41,918 nt of DNA. Source: Caldisphaera sp. (lineage in GTDB: Archaea; Thermoproteota; Thermoprotei_A; Sulfolobales; Acidilobaceae). Where the stretch lies: assembly GCA_049971805.1 (NCBI GenBank), contig JBMFKU010000011.1:1-41918 (forward strand), given 5' to 3'. A model generated the notes under the pieces. It was not told the DNA's origin. It saw only the letters and a program-made list of their open reading frames with translations, and made no database searches. This document shows, in pieces, positions 1-9,306 of this stretch (positions are counted from its first letter, which is position 1; each line of letters opens with the position of its first letter). Position numbers and translations under genes: made by a program.

Positions 1-369
1 AAAGTCCTCAAAGAGTTCTTTCATGTAGTCCTTTGTCTCCTCTTGAAAGGCTATGATCACCTTAACGCCATAAGCCCTGAAAAGCTCTGCTAGGTATTCA
101 AAGCCAAAGAAGTTAATCTATCACTATAAGCGACGACCACAGCATCGATTTGCTTCCTCTTTGCTAGCTCTATGAGTTTCTTTAAACCTCTCCTATCCTC
201 CTTCAACTTTCAACCGATGTCTTTAACTTCAACAATTTTAATGTCATTAAAAGTTCTCTTAATCCACTCCCTCAGTGTGACCAGTTGTCTCTCTAAATAG
301 ACCTTTTGAGAGGTTAATCATAGTAACTAGAAGTAATTGGAAGTATTTAAAAGTTATGCAGAGGTGCTA
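1..369 (-). mobile_element. tnpA: IS607-family element relic: disrupted tnpA serine recombinase plus left-end region (continues beyond window start)
   Basis: Minus strand translates to YLERQLVTLREWIKRTFNDIKIVEVKDIG*KLKEDRRGLKKLIELAKRKQIDAVVVAYSDRL/FGFEYLAELFRAYGVKVIIAFQEETKDYMKELFEDF, with a stop and a frameshift. The N-terminal HTH is deleted. The end motif at 322-369 is shared with the copy at 33354-33401. Confidence 0.85.
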
Positions 370-409
370 TGGTCTTATAAATTATTTGCTATATCAAAAT
401 TTAAGTATT

Positions 410-850
410 TTATAAAAGGTATTCATTTAGATCTTTATGTTTTCTGAAAAATAATTCTTCCAAATCCCTAAGCTTTAAGCCATCATCAGGGCTGTTTAAT
501 TTAAAGTTTTTTCCTGTTGATTCTAAATTATTTAAAAAATGGAACTTCCATTCTTTTCCCCTAGATTTAAATGCTATAATCGGTATCCCTTTGGCTCTTT
601 TTGCAAATTCTTGCAAACCTAAAATTTGAGAGGAATCTATATATAAAGAACCGCTTTTCCTTTTAGATTTTATCTCAAAAACTAGAATTATACCATCTTT
701 TATAGCTAATAAATCGGGTGAATATCTTTTTGATACTCCAGCACCGCTAGAAGGGCCTCTTATTACTGCATAGCCCAAAGACCAAAAGGTATTTGCAAGA
801 TCATTTTCAAGCCTTGATGCTTTTGCTTTGGCGTACATTTTCTCACTCAA
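410..850 (-). CDS. hjc: Holliday junction resolvase (Hjc/Hje family)
   Basis: PD-(D/E)xK motifs ENDL, RGPSSG, PDLLA and FEIK; 146 aa. Confidence 0.9.
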   Translation of the reverse strand: MSEKMYAKAKASRLENDLANTFWSLGYAVIRGPSSGAGVSKRYSPDLLAIKDGIILVFEIKSKRKSGSLYIDSSQILGLQEFAKRAKGIPIIAFKSRGKEWKFHFLNNLESTGKNFKLNSPDDGLKLRDLEELFFRKHKDLNEYLL

Positions 851-973
851 TCTATAAATGGGTGCAAATATATATTAATTCTTTATATATTTGTTTTAAT
901 TCACAAATGAGATTTTAATTTTTGGTTGCATACCTTTTTAAATTCTAGATTTTACTAAGCAATAGGGATCGAG

Positions 974-1474
974 ATGTCTAATCTAAGTTATGAAGATAAG
1001 AAGAAGTTTATTTTTTATTTTAAAGGAGAGGCAAAGAGGGAAGTTGAATATGCAGAACAAATAAAGAGAACCAGCGATAAATCAGTAAATCCTATTATTA
1101 GATTGATAATGGAAGCTGTTTCTCAGGATTCAATAAAGCACTCAAAAATATACGAAACTTTATCAAAGATAATTGAATCTCCTCAATTAATAGGAGAAAC
1201 TGAATCATTAGAGGTTTTAAAAGATATGGAATCTCATATAAAATTAGAGCAGGAATCCGTGGACGAACTTAAAAGATTAATTGATGATCCAAGGTTTAAA
1301 AATGATAAACCAATATTATTTTTATTAAATATGTTGCTTAGAGATGAGCTTTTCCATCATGCAATTCTTTTAGATTTATACGAAACATTAATTAAAAAGA
1401 TCACTTTAACAGAAACTGATATTTGGGATCAAGTTTGGAACGATGCTCTATACCATGGAGCTCCTGGTGGTTAG
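974..1474 (+). CDS. Ferritin-like/rubrerythrin-like di-iron four-helix bundle protein
   Basis: Two E...(D/E)xxH half-sites (REVEY...QDSIKH; LEQES...RDELFHH); C-terminal HGAPGG. Confidence 0.7.
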   Translation: MSNLSYEDKKKFIFYFKGEAKREVEYAEQIKRTSDKSVNPIIRLIMEAVSQDSIKHSKIYETLSKIIESPQLIGETESLEVLKDMESHIKLEQESVDELKRLIDDPRFKNDKPILFLLNMLLRDELFHHAILLDLYETLIKKITLTETDIWDQVWNDALYHGAPGG

Positions 1475-2050
1475 ACTATTAATTATCTCGATCATGGCTA
1501 AATCTTCTATTGCTTCAACCATTTCCAATGCATGATATATTGTTTCTTTTGAAAAAGATACAATACCATGACCTCTTAATAAAGCAGCATTGCAACCTTC
1601 TTTTAAAGCCTTACTCACGGAGTCTGCTAACTCTTGTGTCCCAGGTTGTAATAGTGGAACCTCATTTATGCATTTAACTCTCAGTGATGTTTCTGTTAAA
1701 ATACTTAAATCTAATTTAATGTTTGCCTTATCTAATGCTAATAAATAAGGGGTGTGGGCATGAACTATTGCCTTAGCATCTTGAATTTCTTTATATATTG
1801 CTAGATGCATCCTCCATTCGCTGCTAGGCAAACCAATAATTGCTTTTCCATTGATATCGATAACAGCTATGTCATCTTTAGATATTTTATGCCTTGGAAT
1901 TCCTGTTGGACTAATATAAACTAGATTATTTTCTCTATCTATTATACTTGCATTTCCACCCCTTATTTGTATAAGCCTTCTTTGATACATGAGTTTCATA
2001 ATATCGCTTATCTCATCTAGATATAATTCATTTAAATCCAATTCATGCAC
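1448..2050 (-). CDS. Class II aldolase/adducin family protein (FucA/MtnB-like)
   Basis: GGNAS, SPTG, PSSEWRMH, VHAHT and LLRGHG zinc-binding motifs. Confidence 0.9.
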   Translation of the reverse strand: MHELDLNELYLDEISDIMKLMYQRRLIQIRGGNASIIDRENNLVYISPTGIPRHKISKDDIAVIDINGKAIIGLPSSEWRMHLAIYKEIQDAKAIVHAHTPYLLALDKANIKLDLSILTETSLRVKCINEVPLLQPGTQELADSVSKALKEGCNAALLRGHGIVSFSKETIYHALEMVEAIEDLAMIEIINSLTTRSSMV

Positions 2051-2074
2051 CCAATAAAAAATGTTTAAAGTAAA

Positions 2075-3658
2075 CTATAAAGTTTCTCTAAGTATCTCTC
2101 TTTTTTGTTTTCTTGTTTTAATATAATTATACTCGTTTAACGTTTCCCTATATCTATTTATAACGTAATTAATTATGTAATTTCCAATATTAAATATTAT
2201 TGATTTTGTAATAGGATTGTACATTTTATCAACAGCAAGCTCTAGGCTATCTTTAGATTCACTTAACGCCTTAATTAACGCCCTAGTAATAAATTCCCCT
2301 CTTAATGGATCCAACAGCATTTTGTCTAATATTGTAAAATCTCTGTGCCTTAGTGCACCCATTGGAATAAATGGCAATGGCCATGTTATTACTTTTAATT
2401 TTTTAAGCCTATCCAATAGCTCTAAATTCTTTATTATATCATCATCTGTTTCTCCAGGTAAATTTAAAATCATTGTACCGACAACAACCCATCTGTTATC
2501 ATTTAAAATACCTATGGACTCTTCGACTATATCTGGGTATTGCTCAGGAGTGAATGGTTTGGCCTTTCCTGCCATTAGTCTTTTTATAATTCTTGGTGAA
2601 CCAGACTCAATACCCATTTCTATAAAGGTCCATCTATTACCTTCATTTATATAATCAGCTACCTCATAGACCATCTTAGGACTTTCTACCACAACTGCAG
2701 CTGTTGTGAAATCTGTTGATATTGTATAATCATCGCCATAGGATTTAACTAATTTATATGCCTTTTTGGTCAATTCTATAACTTTTTCTGGTTCAGGATC
2801 AATACCTTTAGCACCATATCTGAAGAATTCTTCGCTGTGCAAATTAATGTCCTTTGTCTTACCTTTTTCTATATTAACCTTGATTTCTTTATCTATATGT
2901 CCTTCAAACGGAAATGATTTTATCATACCGCTCAATGTAGGTGTACAAAATGAGCATCCTCTACCACAACCCCTTGTTATTTCAACCAATCCACCATTAG
3001 ATGGGGTAATTATTGTCGGTATATCATTTAAATTTGCAGCTCCCCCAAGAACTATTTTTGGTACATCCCTCCCATTTAATATATCTTTAAACAATGCTGG
3101 CCCTTTGGATTCGAATTCTCCTTCATAAACTACATCTATCCCCAACTTTTTGTTAAATCCTGTATCAGTTAACTGCCATGTTGCAGGCCCTCCAACAACT
3201 ATTTTTAAATATTTTCTATGCTTCAAAACTGATGGATTAATTAATATGTTTAAAAAAGATCTTGCTATATATGGAATTCCCTGATATGGTAGACCTGCTA
3301 ATTTTAATATCCAATATGTAATACCGCTTCCAAAGCTCAAACCTAGAGGATCCATTACATATATACCTAAAATTCTTGTATCATTTCCGATAATTTTGTC
3401 TAAGTTATTAGGATCTGCAATTACTACATCTTCTCTTGATATACCTGAATAGATTAGTGATGCTTCTACCTTTGATAGACCATATGGTGCTTTAAATGCA
3501 ATACCTTTTTTATTTTTTACACCGAAATAAAATTTAGATATAATCGATGAGATGTAATTATCAGGCAATGCGCTAATAAATCCTGCAACTGTTGAACCAA
3601 GAGTTTCGCTGGCCGTAGCCCCTTCAGCTGTTAAGACTATCTTAGGGCCATCGCTCAT
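2075..3658 (-). CDS. Radical SAM protein with N-terminal B12-binding-like domain
   Basis: EITRGCGRGCSFC (CxxxCxxC), APYGL, VVGGPA and GIESGS motifs. ATG at 3658 follows a GGGTGA RBS. Confidence 0.9.
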   Translation of the reverse strand: MSDGPKIVLTAEGATASETLGSTVAGFISALPDNYISSIISKFYFGVKNKKGIAFKAPYGLSKVEASLIYSGISREDVVIADPNNLDKIIGNDTRILGIYVMDPLGLSFGSGITYWILKLAGLPYQGIPYIARSFLNILINPSVLKHRKYLKIVVGGPATWQLTDTGFNKKLGIDVVYEGEFESKGPALFKDILNGRDVPKIVLGGAANLNDIPTIITPSNGGLVEITRGCGRGCSFCTPTLSGMIKSFPFEGHIDKEIKVNIEKGKTKDINLHSEEFFRYGAKGIDPEPEKVIELTKKAYKLVKSYGDDYTISTDFTTAAVVVESPKMVYEVADYINEGNRWTFIEMGIESGSPRIIKRLMAGKAKPFTPEQYPDIVEESIGILNDNRWVVVGTMILNLPGETDDDIIKNLELLDRLKKLKVITWPLPFIPMGALRHRDFTILDKMLLDPLRGEFITRALIKALSESKDSLELAVDKMYNPITKSIIFNIGNYIINYVINRYRETLNEYNYIKTRKQKREILRETL

Positions 3659-3821
3659 ATGGTTCACCCTATATTATTATCTTCGATATATGCATGATAT
3701 ATATTTGTCTAGGTAATTAATAAATATTTGTTAATACAAGATATAATTGTAAATCGTGTATGCCCAATAGTATATATATGTGTACTTTAATCTTCTCTGT
3801 ATAATATAATTGGTGAGTTAT

Positions 3822-5162
3822 ATGTCGTATGAAGAAGAGGCGGAAAAATATTATCTAAAAACTGGTTTAAGAATTCCATTTAGTTTAATAAAATCCGTTT
3901 CTCTAATAAAGGCATCTGCAGCTATGGCAAACAAAGAGTTAAACCTTATAGACAACGAGATAGCTGATGCAATAGTAAAGGTTTCATTAATGGTGGCTGA
4001 TGGAAAATTTAATGATGAAATTAAGGTTGATGTTTTTCAAACAGGATCTGGAACTGGAATAAATATGAATATAAATGATATTATTTCAAGGCACTCTTCA
4101 GAAATTATAAATAAAAAAGTGCATCCAAACGACCATGTAAATATGTCCCAAAGCAGTAATGATGTAATACCTTCTGCAATAAGAATAGCATCTTATATGG
4201 ATGCTAATGAAAAAGTTTTGCAAAATCTTAATAATTTGGTAAAAAGGCTAGAGGAATACTCTGAAAAATATAAAAATCTCATAAAGCCTGGAAGAACACA
4301 TTTAAGAGATGCTTTACCTGTTACCTTTGGTCAGGAGCTTTATGCATATTATGAAGAATTTTATAAGGACTATAACGATCTAAAATATGCCATGGGTCAA
4401 ATTTTAGAAATACCTTTAGGAGGAACAGCTGTTGGGACAGGTATTAATAGTCATGAAAAATTTAGTGAACTGGCTTTAAAATACCTCAAAGAATTTTCAA
4501 AAATAGATATAAGTTCGCCAAAGTCTTTGATGAGACCAATGAAGCTATTGAGCGATCTCTTATTGTTAAGTTCTGTATACAAAAAAATAGCAGTTGATTT
4601 ATGGAAGATTGGAAACGATATTAGGCTAATGTTTTCTGGACCAAACACTGCTATTGGAGAAATAGATATGGATATCGCTTTAGCAGGTAGTAGCATAATG
4701 CCAGGTAAAATAAATCCTGTAACTGTTGAGGCAATATTGCAGGCGTCGTCTGAAATAATTGGGCTGGACAATGCAAACTCCTATATATCTTTGCTTGGTG
4801 AGTTTGAGTTAAACATGGGTAATCCATCGTTAATGTATAATTTATCTCTTCAATCTCTCCTTCTCCAAGAATCTCTAACTAAGCTTAGCGAAGTTGTTCT
4901 CCCCAGCATTAAACCCTTAGAGGATAGAATGAAAGCACTTGCTTTAAGCAGTCCATCATTAATTACAATATTTTCTCCCCTTATAGGGTATGAAAACGCC
5001 AAAGAATTGTATGAAAGAGTTAAAAACGGAGAAAAATTAGAAGAGGTGGCAAAGTCTTTGAGATTAGATGAAGAAACTATAAAGAGGATAACAGACTTAA
5101 ATGTGTTGGTTAACCCAGGGATACCAGTGCTTAAAATGAAGGATAATAAACAATATAAATGA
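3822..5162 (+). CDS. fumC: Class II fumarate hydratase (fumarase/aspartase superfamily)
   Basis: FQTGSGT, HPNDHVNMSQSSND, GRTHLRDA, GGTAVGTG and GSSIMPGKINP. ATG at 3822 follows GGTGAG. Confidence 0.88.
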   Translation: MSYEEEAEKYYLKTGLRIPFSLIKSVSLIKASAAMANKELNLIDNEIADAIVKVSLMVADGKFNDEIKVDVFQTGSGTGINMNINDIISRHSSEIINKKVHPNDHVNMSQSSNDVIPSAIRIASYMDANEKVLQNLNNLVKRLEEYSEKYKNLIKPGRTHLRDALPVTFGQELYAYYEEFYKDYNDLKYAMGQILEIPLGGTAVGTGINSHEKFSELALKYLKEFSKIDISSPKSLMRPMKLLSDLLLLSSVYKKIAVDLWKIGNDIRLMFSGPNTAIGEIDMDIALAGSSIMPGKINPVTVEAILQASSEIIGLDNANSYISLLGEFELNMGNPSLMYNLSLQSLLLQESLTKLSEVVLPSIKPLEDRMKALALSSPSLITIFSPLIGYENAKELYERVKNGEKLEEVAKSLRLDEETIKRITDLNVLVNPGIPVLKMKDNKQYK

Positions 5163-5410
5163 TGCTGTTAAGCTAAAAGCTTGAAAAAGCCTATAAACTT
5201 TTGTAATTTATTTTTGGGTTTATCTCTAATTTTTAAATAATTAATAAAAAAAGTTAATTTATCTTTATGAATTTTATATATATTAGCAAAAAGCCTTGCT
5301 TAATTTTTAATGTCCTTCTTCATAAAAGTAAAAATTAGATATGCTTATTATCAATATCATAAAGAGTGATCAGCAAATAGGGTAAACACTCTATATTTTA
5401 GTTTATTAAC

Positions 5411-5426
5411 TTTAACATGTGTTAAA
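5411..5426. promoter_or_regulatory. Inverted repeat TTTAACA-TG-TGTTAAA between the putative TATA box and sufC; candidate operator
   Basis: Perfect 7-bp arms immediately downstream of TTTATTAA (5402-5409). Confidence 0.4.
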
Positions 5427-5443
5427 TAAGATGGGTAAAGAAC

Positions 5444-6187
5444 ATGGCACTAAAAGGAGAAAATCTGGAAGTATCAATCGAAGAAAAGCCTATATTGCAT
5501 GATATTAGTTTGAAGATAGAAAAAGGGGAGGTTTTAATATTAATGGGACCTAATGGAAGCGGAAAGACAACACTTGCATATTCTTTGATGGGCCACCCAA
5601 AATATAAATTAAATAAAGGAAAAATTATAATGGATGAAAATGATATAACTGATCTACCTGCATATCAAAGGGCATTATTGGGCTTAGGATTAGGCTTCCA
5701 GAATCCAGTTGAGATATCAGGTCTAAGATTATCAATACTTTTAAATGCAATAAGCATGAAAAAGAAAACCGGTTCATTTGATATTTCACAAATTGATCCA
5801 AAGCTTTTAGCATGGGCTAGGAAGAAATCAGTAGAGTTAGGTCTTGGCCCATCATTTCTTGAGAGAGAAGTAAATGTAGGATTTAGTGGAGGGGAAAAGA
5901 AAAGATCAGAAATTTTGCAATTAATGGTAATGGATCCAAAATATATTATATTAGATGAGCCGGACAGCGGTTTAGATGTTGATGGAATTAAAATAATTGG
6001 AGATTCAATAGAAAACTTAAGGAACTCAGGGAAAGGTATATTGATAATAACACACCATGCAGAAATAACAAAATTTGTTGAGCCAAACAGGGTAATAATT
6101 ATATCGAAGGGAAGAATTGTTGATGAAGGAGGAGTTGAATTAATAAAGAAGATTGAAAGTCAAGGTTATAAAGATTATGGAGAGTGA
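5444..6187 (+). CDS. sufC: Fe-S assembly ABC ATPase SufC
   Basis: GPNGSGKT, FSGGEKKR and LDEPDSGLDVD. Confidence 0.95.
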   Translation: MALKGENLEVSIEEKPILHDISLKIEKGEVLILMGPNGSGKTTLAYSLMGHPKYKLNKGKIIMDENDITDLPAYQRALLGLGLGFQNPVEISGLRLSILLNAISMKKKTGSFDISQIDPKLLAWARKKSVELGLGPSFLEREVNVGFSGGEKKRSEILQLMVMDPKYIILDEPDSGLDVDGIKIIGDSIENLRNSGKGILIITHHAEITKFVEPNRVIIISKGRIVDEGGVELIKKIESQGYKDYGE

Positions 6188-7650
6188 TTGAATTGGATTC
6201 AGCTATTAAATTAACTAAAGAAAGCGAATTAAAAGATGTTTTAAGGCAAAGGAGAGTAGAAGACATAATGGGGAAGTCAATAACCTATCCAAAAGAAATA
6301 GAGCTAAAAGGAAAAATTTCAAGAGATTTAATAGAAGAAATATCGAAGTCAAAAAAAGAACCACAATGGATGTTAAACTTAAGGTTAAAGGCCTTAGAGC
6401 TTTTTGAAAAATTACCAATGCCTATGTGGATAGAAGGTGTTGAAAGCATAGACTTAGAGGAATTTTCTCAATATGTAAAGCCAAGTGTTGAAGTTGCTGA
6501 AAATTGGGACCAATTACCAGATTGGATGAGAGACATCTATTCAAAGATTGGATTGCCTGAAACCGAAGCAAAGGTTTTATCAGGATTGACTGCAGTTTTT
6601 GATAGCGAAAACATTATAAGCAGAGTTAAAGAGGAGCTAAAACAAAAAAATGTTGTGTTTATGTCAATGGACGAGGCTGTTCAAAAATACCCTGATTTAG
6701 TTAAGGAATACTTTGGAAAAGAGTTTCCAATGGCTGATCATAAATTTGCTGCATTACATTATGCGCTTTGGAGTGGAGGAGCATTTGTTTATGTTCCAAA
6801 AAACACAAAGATAGTAAATCCAATTGAAGCGTTTTTTATAATTGGTAGTGAAATGGAGGGCCAATTTGAGCACACATTGATTGTAGCAGATGATAACAGC
6901 TCTTTTGGAACTAGCTACGTGCACTTTATAGAAGGTTGCGCAGCGCCTGTGTTAAGAAACTTTAGCTTCCACGATGGTATGGTTGAAGTATATGCTGGAA
7001 AGAACTCACAAGTTTATTTTTCTACATTACAAAATTGGAGCAGGAGCATAATAAACTTTAATAATAAGAGGGCAGTAGCTATGGAAAATTCCCATGTTGA
7101 ATGGGTTGAAGGAAGCATTGGGAGTAAAATGACATATACTTATCCTAGCACAATATTAAGAGGTAGGGGGGCCTCAACAAGAAATATTTCAATAGGAATT
7201 TCCAATGGGCCATATGTAAAAGATGTTGGATCAAAGGCTATTCATGCAGCACCTGATACAAAAAGCATGATAATATCGAAGAGCATTAGTTCAAATGGAG
7301 GAATAGCAACATATAGAGGCCTGGTTAAGGTATTAAAGGGAGCAGAGAGAAGCTTTTCACATGTGCAATGTGATAGCTTAATATTAGACGATAAAAGTCA
7401 GGCCTATACATTGCCAAGAAATGAGGTTGATGAGCCAACTGCAATTGTTTCTCATGAAGCTTCTGTTGGTAAATTGGGTGAAGATCAGTTGTTTTACATG
7501 GGAAGCAGGGGGATTAGAGAGGGAGAGGCAAAAGCTTTAATAGTTAACGGCTTTATAAAAGACGTTTTAAAGAGCCTGCCTTTAGAGACTGTTAGCATAT
7601 TGACCAAGGTTATAGGTCTTGAGTTCAGCGAGTTAGGAAGTGTTGGGTGA
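6184..7650 (+). CDS. sufB: Fe-S cluster assembly protein SufB
   Basis: GQFEHTLI, EGCAAP, TLQNWS, QCDSL and HEASVG. Confidence 0.95.
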   Translation: MIELDSAIKLTKESELKDVLRQRRVEDIMGKSITYPKEIELKGKISRDLIEEISKSKKEPQWMLNLRLKALELFEKLPMPMWIEGVESIDLEEFSQYVKPSVEVAENWDQLPDWMRDIYSKIGLPETEAKVLSGLTAVFDSENIISRVKEELKQKNVVFMSMDEAVQKYPDLVKEYFGKEFPMADHKFAALHYALWSGGAFVYVPKNTKIVNPIEAFFIIGSEMEGQFEHTLIVADDNSSFGTSYVHFIEGCAAPVLRNFSFHDGMVEVYAGKNSQVYFSTLQNWSRSIINFNNKRAVAMENSHVEWVEGSIGSKMTYTYPSTILRGRGASTRNISIGISNGPYVKDVGSKAIHAAPDTKSMIISKSISSNGGIATYRGLVKVLKGAERSFSHVQCDSLILDDKSQAYTLPRNEVDEPTAIVSHEASVGKLGEDQLFYMGSRGIREGEAKALIVNGFIKDVLKSLPLETVSILTKVIGLEFSELGSVG

Positions 7651-8756
7651 TTATATTGAGTTTATCATTGATAAAGAAAAAAAGTGAAGATTTATATAAA
7701 AAAATTAAATGGCAGGAAATAAATGATTCACCAACGACTAAAAATTATACAGACTGGTCTCAATTTGAGAAATACATTAATAAAAATGATAATGAAATAA
7801 GATATGAAAAGCCTGAAGGAGATTTTGATATAATAGTTGGTTCTTGCGGAAATAAAGGAAGCAAAGATTTATATGAGAGCTTAATAAAATTTGAGGAAAG
7901 CAAGTTAACAGCATATCATTTTTATAAGGCCGAGGAAATATATAGCTTAAATTTAAAATCTGGAAAATACAGAATTGCATTTTGCTATCCAATTTCAAGC
8001 TCTTGGGTTTCTCAGCATTTAAAAATAAACATAGAAGAAGGATCAAACACATCTATTGTTATATATGAGAAAAGGGATTCTCCAGGAAGTACTGCTATCG
8101 AAATAAATGCATTAAAAGATTCAAATAATGAGATTTCAATAATATTAGATTCAAACGAAATTTATCCCACTGCTTATTTAATTAGAAAGGCATTGCATAA
8201 CAATGTAGAGATGAAATCATTTACTTTATCTAAATCAAGTATAATGAATAGGGTTGAAGAGAAGGTTGTTTTATTCGAAAACTCTAAATTAAAGCACAAC
8301 CTTTTGAATTTATCATATAAAGGTTTTAGATCTGATAATATAATCGATACAATACAAACTGGTTTAGGCTCTATAAGTGAGGTATCTGGTTTAGGCTTTG
8401 CTTTTAATTCTTCTCTATCATCTGTTAGAGGTACCGCAATAATTATGCCAGAGGCAAAAAAGAGCAGATCCTCTTTCAATATTGAGGCTCTATTATTTGG
8501 AGATAATGCAAAGGCATATACTATGCCTATGATGAAAATAGAAACAGGGGATGTAATATCTGCAAACCACAGATCAGCACAATATAGATTAAACGAGGAA
8601 ATACTGTTTTATTTAGAATCAAGGGGTATAGATGTAAATGAGATAACTTCTTTGCTAGTATATGAAAAAAGCCTAGGCATGACAGGTCATTTAGATGCAT
8701 ATAAGGAATTTGTTCAAAATATTATAATCAAGGAATTGAAGAAGATATATAAATAG
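7647..8756 (+). CDS. sufD: Fe-S cluster assembly protein SufD-like
   Basis: Beta-helix region and C-terminal ANH...LFYLESRGI; follows sufB. Confidence 0.85.
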   Translation: MIILSLSLIKKKSEDLYKKIKWQEINDSPTTKNYTDWSQFEKYINKNDNEIRYEKPEGDFDIIVGSCGNKGSKDLYESLIKFEESKLTAYHFYKAEEIYSLNLKSGKYRIAFCYPISSSWVSQHLKINIEEGSNTSIVIYEKRDSPGSTAIEINALKDSNNEISIILDSNEIYPTAYLIRKALHNNVEMKSFTLSKSSIMNRVEEKVVLFENSKLKHNLLNLSYKGFRSDNIIDTIQTGLGSISEVSGLGFAFNSSLSSVRGTAIIMPEAKKSRSSFNIEALLFGDNAKAYTMPMMKIETGDVISANHRSAQYRLNEEILFYLESRGIDVNEITSLLVYEKSLGMTGHLDAYKEFVQNIIIKELKKIYK

Positions 8757-8844
8757 AATCATTTTTTATCTGATTTTATAAAAGAATAAAATAAAACTCC
8801 AGATGATAGAAGCAAAAAGATTAAAAATATTATATCTAAAATGC

Positions 8845-9306
8845 TCATTTCTCATCACTGTAAATCTTGGGAAAGCTTTTTATTAATATATAGTTTAGCT
8901 GCATTACATTAACAACCCTTTGACCAGAAGAAAATATGTAAATGTCTTCCCTTTCTATTTGATTAGAATTTTCATATATAATTTTTATCAGATAGCTCTT
9001 TGGTATGCCTGTATAATTGCTTATCCTATCTACCTGGGAAAGGGCCTGGTTAACCGTTATATAGGGGTCATAGCCAAATTCAAATGAGTTATTATAATTT
9101 GGCCAGAAAAGTGCGCTGTTGTTTATTTTACCTGCAATTAAATATGAACCAATTATTGTACCATTAATTATAATAGGGCTTCCAATGGTGTTTTCCTTAA
9201 AAAATAAGTACCCTAACCCTGTTAATAGATATGGATATGCTATTCCAGCTATAACTAAAACAAATACAAAAACTATTATTGGGGTAAAAAATTTATTATT
9301 CTTCAT
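8845..9306 (-). CDS. kdpC: K+-transporting ATPase subunit C
   Basis: N-terminal TM helix, GSYLIAG, DPYIT..AL.QV.RI and VNVMQLN. Confidence 0.9.
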   Translation of the reverse strand: MKNNKFFTPIIVFVFVLVIAGIAYPYLLTGLGYLFFKENTIGSPIIINGTIIGSYLIAGKINNSALFWPNYNNSFEFGYDPYITVNQALSQVDRISNYTGIPKSYLIKIIYENSNQIEREDIYIFSSGQRVVNVMQLNYILIKSFPKIYSDEK

